A DNA stretch of 64,000 nt from Andalucia godoyi And28 (Eukaryota > Protista > Jakobida), in assembly GCA_009859145.1 (NCBI GenBank), contig VRVR01000007.1, forward strand, positions 124,001 to 188,000. Reading direction: 5' to 3'. The position numbers and the translations under genes were made by a program. Under the pieces are notes generated by a model, which ran no database searches, had not been told where the DNA came from, and saw nothing but the letters and a program-made list of their open reading frames with translations. Positions 40,875 to 52,535 of the stretch are shown piece after piece. Every line of letters begins with the position of its first letter. Position 1 is the first letter of the stretch.

Positions 40875-43007
40875 ATGCGGAATGAAGCACAAATTCGCAA
40901 AGTATTGACACAGTGGATCAACGCACAGCGTTTAATTCCTCCAATTCGCGACATTGCCTTTGATTTTCGACACTCCTCTGCGTTGTTTCAATTTGTTGCA
41001 AAGTACATTTTGGACCACTTTGAAGATGAGAATGCTCCTGATTTGATCCGGATTGAAGAGCTCGTCATGCAGTTTTCTCTGCCGCCAAGTCTTGAAGTTC
41101 CAAACCCAAAGGTCTCGTTTGCTTTTGCGCTCGACGTACTAAGCAGACGAAGCGATATCGATCCCAAGTCGCTTCCAATTCATCGCCTGTTCTTTGATCC
41201 GTCCACATCCCTGCATGTAACGGAACTTGTTCTGCAAATCTTCAAGTCGTTTGCGTCGAAGTACATTCGGAATGTCCGCAAAGACGATGTGTTCTTGTTT
41301 GTCAATGATTACCTAAAATTGCACGGCGAAGCGATCGCAGATGTGACGCCGTCACAAATCCTTCGAGTGTTGCATGTTTTGAAAAAGGAGGTGGATCCGG
41401 AAATCTGGTTCCTGAGGGATGCAGCAGACTGGTCATTGTCAAGGGAGTTTTTCGTCTGCCAGCTCATGGTTGTTCAGGAACATCTGTTTTTCTGTGTACC
41501 AGAGTCTCCTGCAAACGACACGAAGGGTGGGGATCCGGCAAAGCGCGATCAGCACACCGACATGGGGGCAAATGACGCAATGCTGAGTGATTTGGCAGAT
41601 GTGTACAAGACAGCAGACGAGGAAGCTCCAGAGCCTGACGATTTTCCATTGCTTGACGAGCAGTCTGCGGAACAGCTAGCGGAATCCATCATTCACAAGT
41701 CTTCTTCCAAATCGGGGTTTCGACCTTTTGGAACATCATCGGAAATCGGTCTTCGTCGGGCGTCGTCCATTTCCTCGACTACCGTTGACTTGTCCCAGAC
41801 ACACAGACGATCTGCGTTCGTTCCGCAAGCGTTTGATGGCCGGAGCTCCTCCTCCTACACTCCAAAGGATAACATCGTGATGAGCCATCCTATTCGGCAT
41901 GTGCAAACACCGGCAGAAAGAAGTCTGATGAGATGGAGACGGGATCAATTGAACAACAAGAATCGGTACATCTCATCCTTCAGTCAAAATGCCCTTTCGT
42001 CGGTCGCTCCGTGGAAGGCAAATCCCAAAAGGTTGCAAACAGCCTCTCGCATTTCGCAGCCTGTTTCGAGGTCTGTGGATGTCCAAGAGATTGGAAAGCG
42101 AGTACCTGATCTTGAAATGAGGATGATGGTCTCGTCCTTGCATTCCGTTCGCGGTCATCACGAAAACACTGGAGCGCAGGATGAGGAAATGGTCGGACAT
42201 GAATCCAGCAAGTTGTTTCCCTCTCGCTCTGCGTTCTTGAGCAGGTCGCGACCTTCTTCTGCTGTCAACGCGAGCCACTCTTCATCAGGGGTTGCTGCTC
42301 CGTCTTCCGCTTCGACTTCGATGAGTCGCCACATGCCCAACAAGACCATTATTTGGATATTTGACTATTCTTCGTTATGCATTTTGTACAACATTAAGCA
42401 TTGGGTGAAGCACCAGATTGCTGCAGTAATCCCCGACTATGGAAGAGTTTTGACTTCGGATTCCACTCTGTTTTTCCACAAAGGCAAGCATGTGTTAGAT
42501 TCGTACGGGCAAAAACAACCCATTCCTGCACTCTTCTGGACTGCAATCCGCAAGACGGGCAGCTGTCTCACTGGTGTTTTGCGCAAGACAAGCGACATTG
42601 AGTTCCATCGGCTGAAGCAGATGCACGATCGGCGATCGTACCACAAATGGGTGTTGACATCCGTTCCAAACTTTGAAGGTTGCATGGCTTGGATTGTTGT
42701 TGACACTCGATGCATCACCCCAAGTGCAGGTGAGTCGGGTCCCCAAGCGTCGAGCAAAGAGCTCAACGACCCCATCTTTTTTGACCCGTTGTCGGAAGAC
42801 CAAATGATTCCTCTTCAACTCGTCCGACAGGATTTTGCCTCGTTCGGTGCAGACTTTCTCCAGGTTTCAGACGAAAATTCGTTCATTCCTTGCGCGGGTG
42901 TTTCTGAAAGGACAGATCCATGCACAGTTTCGCTTGCAGCCGACCGATCGGGATTGTTTTCTGAGCCACGGGAGTATCTGAAGCGATACGGACTGCGGGA
43001 TGATTAG
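40875..43007 (+). CDS. Hypothetical protein with an N-terminal calponin-homology-like region
   Basis: 2.1-kb ORF; VLTQWIN...IRDIAFDFRHSSALFQFV resembles the CH-domain start. Confidence 0.7.
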   Translation: MRNEAQIRKVLTQWINAQRLIPPIRDIAFDFRHSSALFQFVAKYILDHFEDENAPDLIRIEELVMQFSLPPSLEVPNPKVSFAFALDVLSRRSDIDPKSLPIHRLFFDPSTSLHVTELVLQIFKSFASKYIRNVRKDDVFLFVNDYLKLHGEAIADVTPSQILRVLHVLKKEVDPEIWFLRDAADWSLSREFFVCQLMVVQEHLFFCVPESPANDTKGGDPAKRDQHTDMGANDAMLSDLADVYKTADEEAPEPDDFPLLDEQSAEQLAESIIHKSSSKSGFRPFGTSSEIGLRRASSISSTTVDLSQTHRRSAFVPQAFDGRSSSSYTPKDNIVMSHPIRHVQTPAERSLMRWRRDQLNNKNRYISSFSQNALSSVAPWKANPKRLQTASRISQPVSRSVDVQEIGKRVPDLEMRMMVSSLHSVRGHHENTGAQDEEMVGHESSKLFPSRSAFLSRSRPSSAVNASHSSSGVAAPSSASTSMSRHMPNKTIIWIFDYSSLCILYNIKHWVKHQIAAVIPDYGRVLTSDSTLFFHKGKHVLDSYGQKQPIPALFWTAIRKTGSCLTGVLRKTSDIEFHRLKQMHDRRSYHKWVLTSVPNFEGCMAWIVVDTRCITPSAGESGPQASSKELNDPIFFDPLSEDQMIPLQLVRQDFASFGADFLQVSDENSFIPCAGVSERTDPCTVSLAADRSGLFSEPREYLKRYGLRDD

Positions 43008-43236
43008 TCGCTTGTTCATACTCCCTTCTGTCTCTTCTTTGCTAGCTCTGCCGTTTTCATTGTTTTTTGAATGTTTGATTGTTTGTGCTTTCAGGATCTT
43101 TCTTCTTTCTTCTTTCTTCTTCTTTCTTTCTTTTATCATTGTTGTTATTCTTCAATTTTCGTCAAACTATCCCTGTACAGACTATGTTAGTGAAAAATAT
43201 CATTACTAGACAATTGGAGCACGAATTCGGAAGCCG

Positions 43237-44292
43237 TCAGCTTACGTTCATGATTGGTAATTGCGCCTCCTCCGTCCAAACCGAAGAATGGTCGTCGTCC
43301 TCCGCCCCTGCCTCCACACCCGCTCCTTTACAACTTTGCTTTGATTGGAATGGTTTTTGTTCGCCCATTTCCTCAACTCCTGCCGATGAAAGAGCCGTCC
43401 TTCTCCATCGTTTCAACTCTTCTTGCAATCGTTTGTTCTCGGACTGGAACGCATGGACCAGCGACAAGTCTTTCTCTCTCAGTTTCTCCAGCGACGAAAC
43501 ACGCTCCATGGCGACTCGAAGCCCACGCACTGATTGCGCCTGCTCGAACATAGCATCGCGAAGAAAGGCCTCGAGATGAATGCGCTTGTCACGCTCTGCA
43601 CTTGCTTTCGCCTCGGTTTCTCGCAACTCTGACTGATAATGCTGAAGCTCCATTTTAAGCAGCGCAAAAGACTTTTCAATATTCGGCAAGCTTTGCTGTC
43701 CCATTTCATTCAGTTGCGATCGCATAAACTGTGCACGCTCTTCCATCCGTATGCGAGAAACCTCATGCTCCATGATTCCAACAGACTCGCGAAGCCCTGC
43801 ATTCTCTGTTTCCAGCGCTCGGACAGCATCCACGAGTCGCCACTGCCGCTCAAAAACCTTTTCTCTGACATCCGCCACCGGTCTGTTTGAACTCACCTCG
43901 AGAGCATACTTTTCGTGTGCATCCTCCAATCGCTTCTGATACAGAGAAAGCGTTCTCCGTGCATCGGACTCGCTGCTTTTCAACAACGCCACGACCTTGG
44001 ACTGCTGCTTGTGCGAATGCTTCAGCTTCACGGCCGCTTCTCGTAGCTTTTGCGTATGCTTCACATCATCATGCAAATCAAGCAATGCACGTTCAAAATC
44101 CTCCTTTGATTTTTCAAGCTGCAGGATCTTTGACTGCTGTGCTGCACATTTCCGCTTCAAATCAGATATAATGTTTCCTAAAAGCTTGTTCTCCGCGATA
44201 ACCTCTTCTCGAGACGCATTCATCTGCGCAGAAGCCATCTTTGCAGCAGTATTCGAAACCGTACTCGATTCATATCCACGAACTGCCGCCAT
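43237..44292 (-). CDS. Coiled-coil protein
   Basis: 351-aa ORF with heptad-rich E/K/Q/R/L composition. Confidence 0.8.
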   Translation of the reverse strand: MAAVRGYESSTVSNTAAKMASAQMNASREEVIAENKLLGNIISDLKRKCAAQQSKILQLEKSKEDFERALLDLHDDVKHTQKLREAAVKLKHSHKQQSKVVALLKSSESDARRTLSLYQKRLEDAHEKYALEVSSNRPVADVREKVFERQWRLVDAVRALETENAGLRESVGIMEHEVSRIRMEERAQFMRSQLNEMGQQSLPNIEKSFALLKMELQHYQSELRETEAKASAERDKRIHLEAFLRDAMFEQAQSVRGLRVAMERVSSLEKLREKDLSLVHAFQSENKRLQEELKRWRRTALSSAGVEEMGEQKPFQSKQSCKGAGVEAGAEDDDHSSVWTEEAQLPIMNVS

Positions 44293-45541
44293 CTCTTCTT
44301 TCCGCTTGTGTCACTATCAATCTGCGAATAATAAAATATTTTCGTTACACTCTTTCTTCCGTGGAATGAAAAAGGTCTTCGAGCGAGGGAGAAAAGATTG
44401 CGAAATCTCGCTGTTCTTCACAGTTTAAAACGGAAAATCCCACAGTGCAAGCAAGAAGAAAAGAAATATAAATAAAAAAAGAAAGAAAGGAACACACAAG
44501 TTTCTCTCTTATTATTATGATATGATAATCTTTTTCTTTTTTGTTGTTGCTGTTGTTTTTCTTTCTTTTCTTTTTTCACCCCGCGTCAGCCTTTTGTTTT
44601 TTGGGGGGAAAGCTGCACGGAAAAACCCAGAAAAGAAAAATGAAAATGAAAAACAACGGACGAGGAAAAGAAAGACAGCGATCGGAGCAGAAGCGGAAAG
44701 GACCGTTGAATAATGACACGTCATTGTCATGCATATACGGAAGTATACATAATCAGACACGGTCGACACTGGTCGACAGAAGCACGTTTTGCTTCAGAGG
44801 AATTCGTGCTTACGCACGCTCGGCCGAAATTCAGCTGGTGACACAGGCTCCGCATTTTCGACACTCTTTAACGCAGCATCCGTAGCCATCTATTCAATCA
44901 TTCGTTGGTTTCACGTTTTTATTCAAATATGGGCGTGGGCGCGCTGGGATGACGCATTCGCCTACGCCTACGCCCCGCTCGATACAGGGCCTCCTGGGTC
45001 CCGCAGACCTCCTAAGAGACCACGTGTCACTATGCCTGCTGCTAGGGCCGTCAGCATCAAAATGCACCCTTCTCAGGAACAACGTGTCACGCTGAGAAAG
45101 CGGCTCATCGATTGATCGAGATTGGAAACGTAGCGCGGAGCGCGGAGCATCTATCTGAAGAATGCCGTGAGGCGTGTTGGGGCCTATCCCCTTCCCGGCA
45201 ACGGGATACAAGATTGAAATATGCATGTCTATTCGTGGATATGCATGTTCAGTGTATAATGTAGGCGTTAATCAGAGGGTTTTTGGTCTTGTGCACGGTA
45301 GAAGAGAAAAAGAAGCAACTGTAGATTGGAAGTCGGATTTCCAGCATCACTCGCAAGACTCAACCCTCTCTCCGCAGATGTCGGTTCTGCGAGCCAAAAG
45401 AAAAGGACGAAACAGTGCCATAATCAAAAGCTGTGTCTAATGAGCATTTTTATTTAGCATTTTTTTAAAATGTTGTTTACGAATTTTAAATTTAGAACTG
45501 TCGTTGTTGTGGTTATTGTTATTGTTGTAGCTGTGAAAGAA

Positions 45542-45945
45542 ATGACGGACCGATACGATAAGAACCTTCGATTCAAAGCTTGTTTGAACCAGTCGGCGAT
45601 GGGAGCAGTTATGGGAATTGGAGTCGGCACTTGCATTGGCCTTGTTGTATGACCACTCTCCTTCCTTTCCTTTCCTTTCCTTTAACTTCCTCAGAGGTGG
45701 GGTGTTCCTCGTTTCTAATCTCTCTGGTTGAAATGTGTGTTTTGCGCTTGGTGTTTTTTTGTTTTTGTCTGTGCTGTTGTGGTGGTGGTGATTAGGGAGC
45801 TACGGCACAAACACTGAGTTCGCAGGAATTTGAAGGAATGCGGATTCGCGGGTTTTTAAAGACTGCGCCGAAACTGTGTGCTTCGTCTGCTGGCGGATTT
45901 GCCCTATTCTTCGTTGTGGGCTCCTTTGTCCGATGTATCCAATAA
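45542..45945 (+). CDS. ROMO1: Romo1/Mgr2 mitochondrial inner-membrane protein. Exons 45542-45646 and 45796-45945
   Basis: Spliced product MTDRYDKNLRFKACLNQSAMGAVMGIGVGTCIGLV|GATAQ...CASSAGGFALFFVVGSFVRCIQ has the glycine-zipper first helix and the GGF..F..VG..(I/V)RC end; phase-0 intron GTATGA...ATTAG. Confidence 0.85.
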
Positions 45946-46342
45946 GTCATCCTACGTAGTATCACTTCTCATCCCGCCTGCGCCCCGCATGCACACACAC
46001 ACACACGCCCGCACACATCAACATCCGACCCAAACTCAAAACCCCCTGCCTTCGTAAACCGAACCTCCTTAATCTCACAGAAGGGGGGAAATCAGATGAA
46101 AAACGAAGCACAAAGTGGTAATAAATTTCTTTAATATTACAGATTTTTGTGTTCGTATTTTTGGTTGGTAAAGTCGAGGCTGGGTGTGTAGTTGGAAAAA
46201 AAGGAGAGGCTAACTCTGCGTTACCTTTTGAAGAGCAACTAAACTGAGGAAGGGAGCGAGGAATGCCGCGTGTTTTTGAGCAGTTTTTGGTTTTTATGTC
46301 ATGTGCAGTGTGTGGGAATTGGGAGATCGGGAATGAGTCTCG

Positions 46343-48439
46343 TTATGAGGAACCGATGGGAGACACACTACCAGATTCTGGAATGTTGATACTGCGAAGA
46401 TCCCTCGGCTGTGCTTGAGGAAGATCGAGTTGCAAGTGCAGATGGCCAACATGTTGCTGCACCTTGTCAAGAACCACTCGGGTGAGCTCGGGCAGTGCGT
46501 ACTCGCGGAATTTGCGAACGGTGTTCTTCGGGGGCGAGCCAGAGCGCGCGACTGTCAGAGCGGTTTCGATGCATGCGATCACGACGGAGTCCAGCAGAGG
46601 AGTCATGTCGGAGATCGAAAGACGGCCTGCTGAGACCAAGCATGCGAACACGGTGAACGGTGACATGTCGTAATCCAGCATGGATGATTGTGCAACGGAC
46701 ATCCTTTCGCTCAAAGACATCAGGGAAGACCAGCGATTGGACATGACGTCTTGCAAAGACTGCAGCTCCTTGTGAACACAGCTGCACGTCGAGCATAGGC
46801 CCACGACGTCGTCACTGGATTCTGAAGCCGTCGAATGCATGTCATCGCTGTGACTCGCCTCGCTCGTATTGTCGTCTGATGTCACGTCGTCGGCGTATAG
46901 AAACGTCGACGTGAGCATAGAGCCGCCATGCGGCACTTGCAAGGACGCGAGCTCCAAATGTGAGGCCACTGCGTCGTGAGTGTGCAACGGTACCTCTGCA
47001 GGCGGCATGGACTTTCCGCACGGCTGTTTTAGCTCAGCGACACATGCAGCAGGATGCGTGTTCGAAGCCGAAATGTGGACAGACTGGATGCAAGGGCTCA
47101 TCACACAGTGCACGGCAGAGGAGACAATGGAACTGGTAAGTCGGGCGGTCTGGGAAGCGATGTGTGTCCGTGCAGACATGCGCAGCTGTCGGACAAACAC
47201 TTCGTGATGCGGTTTGAAAAAATCCGTGCGCAGCAGGCATTCGTCGAGCATCACACGCTCCTGTTCCGACAGGCATAGAGATTCTTCGCAGACCATGGGG
47301 ATCCGCTTCACCATCGTTGAGAAGCACTCGGGATAAGTGGCTCTCTCGGAGACCAAAAAGGGCTCGAGCAGACCTCGAATTTCATCTTCTTCGCAAGAGA
47401 CATCATCTTCAAAAAACTGCGATCGTTTGAGCTTCTTTTCGCCAAGAGAGAAGATGGCAGGGCCGCAAGCGTCCAAAAACGAGGAAATGTGGAGCTTAGC
47501 ATCTGCCGCGAGCCTTGATTTGAACGCGTGCAGGACGTGGTCGCATCTGCGGATCACGTAGTCCCGGTACTCAAAGGCAGTTTCGATGGCGGACTGGCGC
47601 ATCGCCTCCACGGCTTCATCGATGGACGTCTTCATGACGCTGTGCAGCACGGCATCTCGCGAATAGTGTGCAAAGAGCAAGCCGAGTCGCCGACTCATTT
47701 CCGCACTCAACAAGGATCTCCATTCCAAGGAAGCAGAGGTGAGCAGATCGTTGGTAAATGCAGCGGGAAACAAGAGGCTGCTTTCATGCACATGTTCGAA
47801 ACTGGCGCTGTGGTCTCCCGTTATCGATGCCAAAATCCACGATCGCGCAGAAGAGGATTTGGAAAACCACTTTGCAACAAGTCCTCGACCGAATTCAAGC
47901 ATCTCGTTTTCACATCGCGAACGGAACACGCTTGCATGCTGTCTTGCATTCTCAGCGTCAACAAGATTGCGGATTTGAGCGAAGTATGCGTGGATCCGAG
48001 ACTCGAGCACTGCAAGAAGAACCTTCTGTTCTTCGTGAGAAACGGAATGCAGAGCATACACTCTTGCGCGCAGCGAATCAAGACAGAACCGACCGACTGT
48101 TCTCATGTTGGAGGCCAGTCCCCGAGAGGAGATCGGCAACGTCTGCAAACACATCTTGACCAGTTCTTTCTGCAGCAAATCCGCATACTCGACGAACAGA
48201 TCCTGGGACATTGTGCGCAACGGTTCGTCCATTCCGTGCACCTTGGCAGTGTCCAGCTCAGTGCTTGCAGCATGTGAGAGGGAAGAAGGTGAAGAAGAAG
48301 AAGAATGGAAGCTGATGTTCGGATGATCCATCCGAGAAGCCAAGTGCATGGACGCCCGAGTGTTCGACAATGGAGAGAAAGGCATCAATGTTGCATTGGA
48401 GGTCGTCCCCGAGTACGATGAATTCGCAATCACTCCCAT
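46343..48439 (-). CDS. Hypothetical helical protein (about 700 aa)
   Basis: 2.1-kb stop-free ORF; likely ATG at 48439; no recognised domain. Confidence 0.75.
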   Translation of the reverse strand: MGVIANSSYSGTTSNATLMPFSPLSNTRASMHLASRMDHPNISFHSSSSSPSSLSHAASTELDTAKVHGMDEPLRTMSQDLFVEYADLLQKELVKMCLQTLPISSRGLASNMRTVGRFCLDSLRARVYALHSVSHEEQKVLLAVLESRIHAYFAQIRNLVDAENARQHASVFRSRCENEMLEFGRGLVAKWFSKSSSARSWILASITGDHSASFEHVHESSLLFPAAFTNDLLTSASLEWRSLLSAEMSRRLGLLFAHYSRDAVLHSVMKTSIDEAVEAMRQSAIETAFEYRDYVIRRCDHVLHAFKSRLAADAKLHISSFLDACGPAIFSLGEKKLKRSQFFEDDVSCEEDEIRGLLEPFLVSERATYPECFSTMVKRIPMVCEESLCLSEQERVMLDECLLRTDFFKPHHEVFVRQLRMSARTHIASQTARLTSSIVSSAVHCVMSPCIQSVHISASNTHPAACVAELKQPCGKSMPPAEVPLHTHDAVASHLELASLQVPHGGSMLTSTFLYADDVTSDDNTSEASHSDDMHSTASESSDDVVGLCSTCSCVHKELQSLQDVMSNRWSSLMSLSERMSVAQSSMLDYDMSPFTVFACLVSAGRLSISDMTPLLDSVVIACIETALTVARSGSPPKNTVRKFREYALPELTRVVLDKVQQHVGHLHLQLDLPQAQPRDLRSINIPESGSVSPIGSS

Positions 48440-49310
48440 TTGACGCGCACACGAAAACTCTTTTGGACGAAGCGAAGCAACAAACAAAGAGAAGGCAAAT
48501 TCAGTGAAGAACTTCAGGACTGCACAAGAAAGATGCAAAACCAGAGCCAACCAAAAAAGGGTAAAGCAAGACAAGGCAGAAAAGAAGAATTAAAACACTG
48601 AACGAACTGCGCCAAAAGAAGGCTTTTCTTATGTTATAAGTCGACTATCTCCGCTCTTCGGTCTAGTTTGTCCTTGACACCGAGTTTGTTGTTTGATTAG
48701 TCCAGGTAATAGGGGTTGTTTTTCTTTTTTTTTTCAAAATTCTATTTTCCCCTTCTTTTTTCTTTTTTCCACGCTTCTATTTCTACTTTGCAGGAGGTTT
48801 TTCCAGAGAGATGCAAGTGCCACAAGACTGTTGAACGACGGTGTCAAGTCGGCAATTTTTTTTCTCCAACAAAAAAACCTCTGAAGAAATCGCGCAGAGG
48901 CTGATCGCTTTCTTGTACAAACATTCGAGTTGGCTTCCTTCAAGATGGTCCCAAACAAGACACGACTTTACAGAGTTCTGCTTGTACAGTGCAGAAAGAA
49001 GTCTCAACTCAAATTTCCTTTTTTGACCAGTCGAAATTCGAGGTTCGGCCTTTCCAGGTTTCACACTTTTCTCCAAATTTCCGCCCCATCAACCTCTCCG
49101 CATCCAGAGAAAGGCGGCCTTTTTGGTAGGAGCTTCAACGCTTCTATTTCTCCGCTGTCTTTCCGACATTCCGGAAATCTGCTGTCAATCACCGTTTCCT
49201 TTTGCCCGCTCGGCGTCCGTCTCCGCTGGCTTTGCACTCGATGGCAACTAAGATACCAGAAGAACAGAAAACACACTCACACAACTAAAAAAGGAGGGGG
49301 AAAAAAAAAG

Positions 49311-50528
49311 ATGACGCGTGTGTGGGTGGACGGCGTGTTTGACTTGACACACTACGGACATTTGAATGCTATTCGACTGGCGGCGCAGCTTGGCGATGAT
49401 CTTGTGGCTGGAATATCACCTTCTGCGGATGTTGCACTGCACAAAGGCTGCCCCACAGTTCTTTCCGATGACGAAAGGTACGATTATTCCCTCTTCTTTC
49501 TTTCTTTCCGCTAGCCGTCGTCAACGAACATGTTTAATACTGAGTGATGGTTGCAAAATGGTAGGAAGACTGTGATCGAGTCGTGTCGATGGGTGAAAGA
49601 AGTTGTGTGCGACATACCGTGGACAACGACCCTGGCGGTACTCGACGAGAACAAGATTGATTTTTGTGCGCATGGCTCTGATACGTCCACGGATGTTCAT
49701 GGAAACGACACGTATGCATTTGCAAAGGCTGCTGGGAGATTCAAGGTGTTTCCACGCACAGAAGGAATCAGCACAACGGGGCTAATTCAGCGAATGCTGT
49801 CCAATACGCGAGTCTCGGATCGCGATGATCCCGAGGCGTTTATTACTCTCTCACGCATCAAGGATTTTTCAGAGCAATGCAAAGAACCGCGAGATACCGA
49901 CACCGTCGTTTACGTCGAGGGTTCGTGGGACTTGTTTCGTATGTCCATCATTTACATTCCACTCGTTTTCAGGTGCGTAAGAAAGAGCTCTACAGATGTG
50001 TGCTAACTCCTCATGTGGTGGATGTATTTTTTACCTCCGCCTTTCCCCTCCATTTCTCTTTCCCTCTGTACTTCAGATGCTGGACACGTCAAGTTCCTAG
50101 AGGCTGTGAGACAGACATCCCAGTGCACGTTTCTGCTCGTTGGGGTGCACAGCGACGACGATGAAAACCGCTGTTACCTCAATGCGCATGAACGGACGCT
50201 TGCGGTTGCGGGTTGCCGCTATGTGGATAACGTTGTGATGGGGGCTCCCGTGTATCCCACACCCCGGTTTTTGGAGCGATTCCACGTGTCGGCAGTTTAT
50301 CACGGATCCATCCGCAACACGCAGCGTGTCCACCCTCGATATCACAGACTTGGTGCAGCAGACAGCACCTTGCCCAGCATCATGGTGCATGAATTGACCA
50401 GTCCACTGACGCTCACAGCTTCCGAAATCGCGCAGCGAGTCCGGGGCCAAAAAGAGCAGTATGAAGCGCGGAACAAGTCAAAGCTTGCGCGAGACGTCGC
50501 AGCAGGAATCAAGGACCATGGCGTGTAG
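49311..50528 (+). CDS. PCYT2: Ethanolamine-phosphate cytidylyltransferase (ECT). Exons 49311-49477, 49565-49938 and 50077-50528
   Basis: Two cytidylyltransferase domains: VWVDGVFDLTHYGH...RTEGISTT and WDLF|HAGH, the second HxGH restored by splicing. Introns GTACGA...GTAG (87 nt) and GTATGT...GCTAAC...TTCAG (138 nt) both preserve frame. Confidence 0.95.
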
Positions 50529-50803
50529 TTGTTTGGGACTGAGAGATGCAGACATACCGCAAGCTGAACTTCGGGATGAATCATATTTAAAAACATGAAA
50601 AAGCATGTAGCTCTGCAGCATCTTGGGTTTTTTTTGGTTGGTTGGTTTTATTATTATTATTATTAAATAATAATTAATAATAATAATTTTATTATTTATT
50701 GTTATTGGATACAGCATAAAGAGGAAATGTTTTTGCCTGTCCAGCAGAGGTGCACACGAGAATTTCTGTGTCGGAGGACCCTGGAGACATACACGAACAT
50801 TTT

Positions 50804-52261
50804 TTATGCATGCTTCCTGTGTTGCGCATTGTGGTGCAGGACTTTGCGCCCGCTCCAGAAATGCCGTCCAAGCACCTTTTTAAACGCACGCATCACCACC
50901 CAAAAGAAGTGAACATGTTGGCACACCGCGAGCACAAGAAACGCAAAGTGGAACAGGACTTGCCACTGCTGATGAGTGAAACCGGGGCGGAAGGAACCAA
51001 GCAACAATAAAGACTCGGCAAGCTGGTCGAGAGTCCGCGTGTACTGGTTGAACACCAAGAGCGGCATGATGACCAGTATCGGGTCTGTGGGACGGAAGCG
51101 GATGGACGTCATTCGGTCGACCGTGAGTCGATTGCTCATGAATGCAATGATCAGCAGAACCGGCAGGTAGAACAACAGTGGATGACGGTCTTCCAGCTCG
51201 CAGACTCCGTTCCCATCAACCAGGCACTTGCGGTACGAAACAAGTGCCAGAGTCGCCGTCATCAGAACTGGGAAGAACACGATAAAGGCGTCCATTCGTG
51301 TGGTCGATGTGGGTTTGAAATTTCCTCTCTTCGGATGCACAAATCCGCTCAAGCACTTTGCAACATTGATCACGTTTGCTGCCAAGGTGAAGAAAAACCC
51401 TGGAACAATGCACATCCGAAAGAAGAATGTGTTATAGCGCAAGTCCGCGTCTGCAAACGCAAACGCCTGCAGGTAGCTAGATCCAAACAGGAGCTTCTCT
51501 AGCGGAATCCGCTCATTCCAGATTTCGGCGCCCACAACACCCGTAGCAATGAGCAAGATGGAAGCACCGACGACGCCCTCTGTGGCTGCATTGATTGGTC
51601 CAAAGTACAGAAACCCCGTGTGGAACTCTTCCCAGTGCGACGCAAAGAAGCCGACTGTTCCCATAAGCACTGCGCACAGCAAATCCCAGTTTCGCAGCTG
51701 CAGTGCATGTCCAATGATGAGGAAGCTTAGCACACACGACACCGCATCAAGTCCATGGTCCCACAGCTCACCCATCGGCGATGCACTCCCCGTGCGCCGT
51801 GCTTGCTTTCCATCGCACGCATCCAATGTCTGGTACGCAAACGTCAGCAACCCGCAGAGCACGTATACCCAGTCAGGCGCAACAGACGAAAACTGCGGAT
51901 CATGGACCACAACCAGCACAAACGCAGCAACCATGCATAAGAACCCTGCAAATGTAATCCAGTTTGCCGACCAACGAAGCGGAATCCAAAAACTCACATA
52001 GTTCCAGTATCGATTCAGTCCATAACGTCCAAGCAGCGAGTCGTCCAAACACCGATAATCATGCATCAGAATCCGCGACGGCTCCCGTACATATCGAAAC
52101 GGCCGCACTCCTTCCATCTTTCGAACACCTCTTGTCTGCTGCGAATCCCTTTCCGTCATTTCCATCTCTCTCCTCACCAACCGTACCTTCCTCCTACCTA
52201 TCCAACCGCTACCTATCGACCCAAGTCGTTTGATCCTCTGCAGCGCGGCTCGTCGCAACAT
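50804..52261 (-). CDS. Choline/ethanolamine phosphotransferase (CDP-alcohol phosphatidyltransferase, CEPT1/EPT1 type)
   Basis: DACDGKQARRTGSASPMGELWDHGLD matches DG(x)2AR(x)8G(x)3D(x)3D; ANWITFAG, WEEFHTGFLY; many TM helices. The true start is probably at 52165, 52159 or 52117. Confidence 0.95.
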   Translation of the reverse strand: MLRRAALQRIKRLGSIGSGWIGRRKVRLVRREMEMTERDSQQTRGVRKMEGVRPFRYVREPSRILMHDYRCLDDSLLGRYGLNRYWNYVSFWIPLRWSANWITFAGFLCMVAAFVLVVVHDPQFSSVAPDWVYVLCGLLTFAYQTLDACDGKQARRTGSASPMGELWDHGLDAVSCVLSFLIIGHALQLRNWDLLCAVLMGTVGFFASHWEEFHTGFLYFGPINAATEGVVGASILLIATGVVGAEIWNERIPLEKLLFGSSYLQAFAFADADLRYNTFFFRMCIVPGFFFTLAANVINVAKCLSGFVHPKRGNFKPTSTTRMDAFIVFFPVLMTATLALVSYRKCLVDGNGVCELEDRHPLLFYLPVLLIIAFMSNRLTVDRMTSIRFRPTDPILVIMPLLVFNQYTRTLDQLAESLLLLGSFRPGFTHQQWQVLFHFAFLVLAVCQHVHFFWVVMRAFKKVLGRHFWSGRKVLHHNAQHRKHA

Positions 52262-52535
52262 TGTTTCAGCTTTCTTTGGTGCCCTTTGGAAAATTGCATC
52301 AACTGGCGCGGATTGAGACTAGAACAAACGCTCGAAGTGTTCACTCGAAGTCGTCGGGTGTCGGGGGGGATACGAATGCGGAGTTTGACACGTTGGACAG
52401 TATCCAAGTATTATTCATTCGGTTTTTCCTACTTTTCCTTTTTTTCGTGTCTTTTACTTAAAAAGGAAAAAGAACGCAAAAGGCTTTTTTCAGTTTAAAT
52501 TTTACGTTTCGTTTTTACCTAGTTTTTGAGAGGGA

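Noticed and set aside
44710-45095. Recurrent ACGTGTC (ABRE-like) motif, also at about 1619 and 7566
   Set aside because: A 7-mer is expected about 8 times by chance on both strands of 64 kb, so no enrichment was shown.
48783-49076. 97-aa minus-strand ORF in the divergent spacer upstream of ECT
   Set aside because: No ATG start, an upstream in-frame stop and no recognisable motif.
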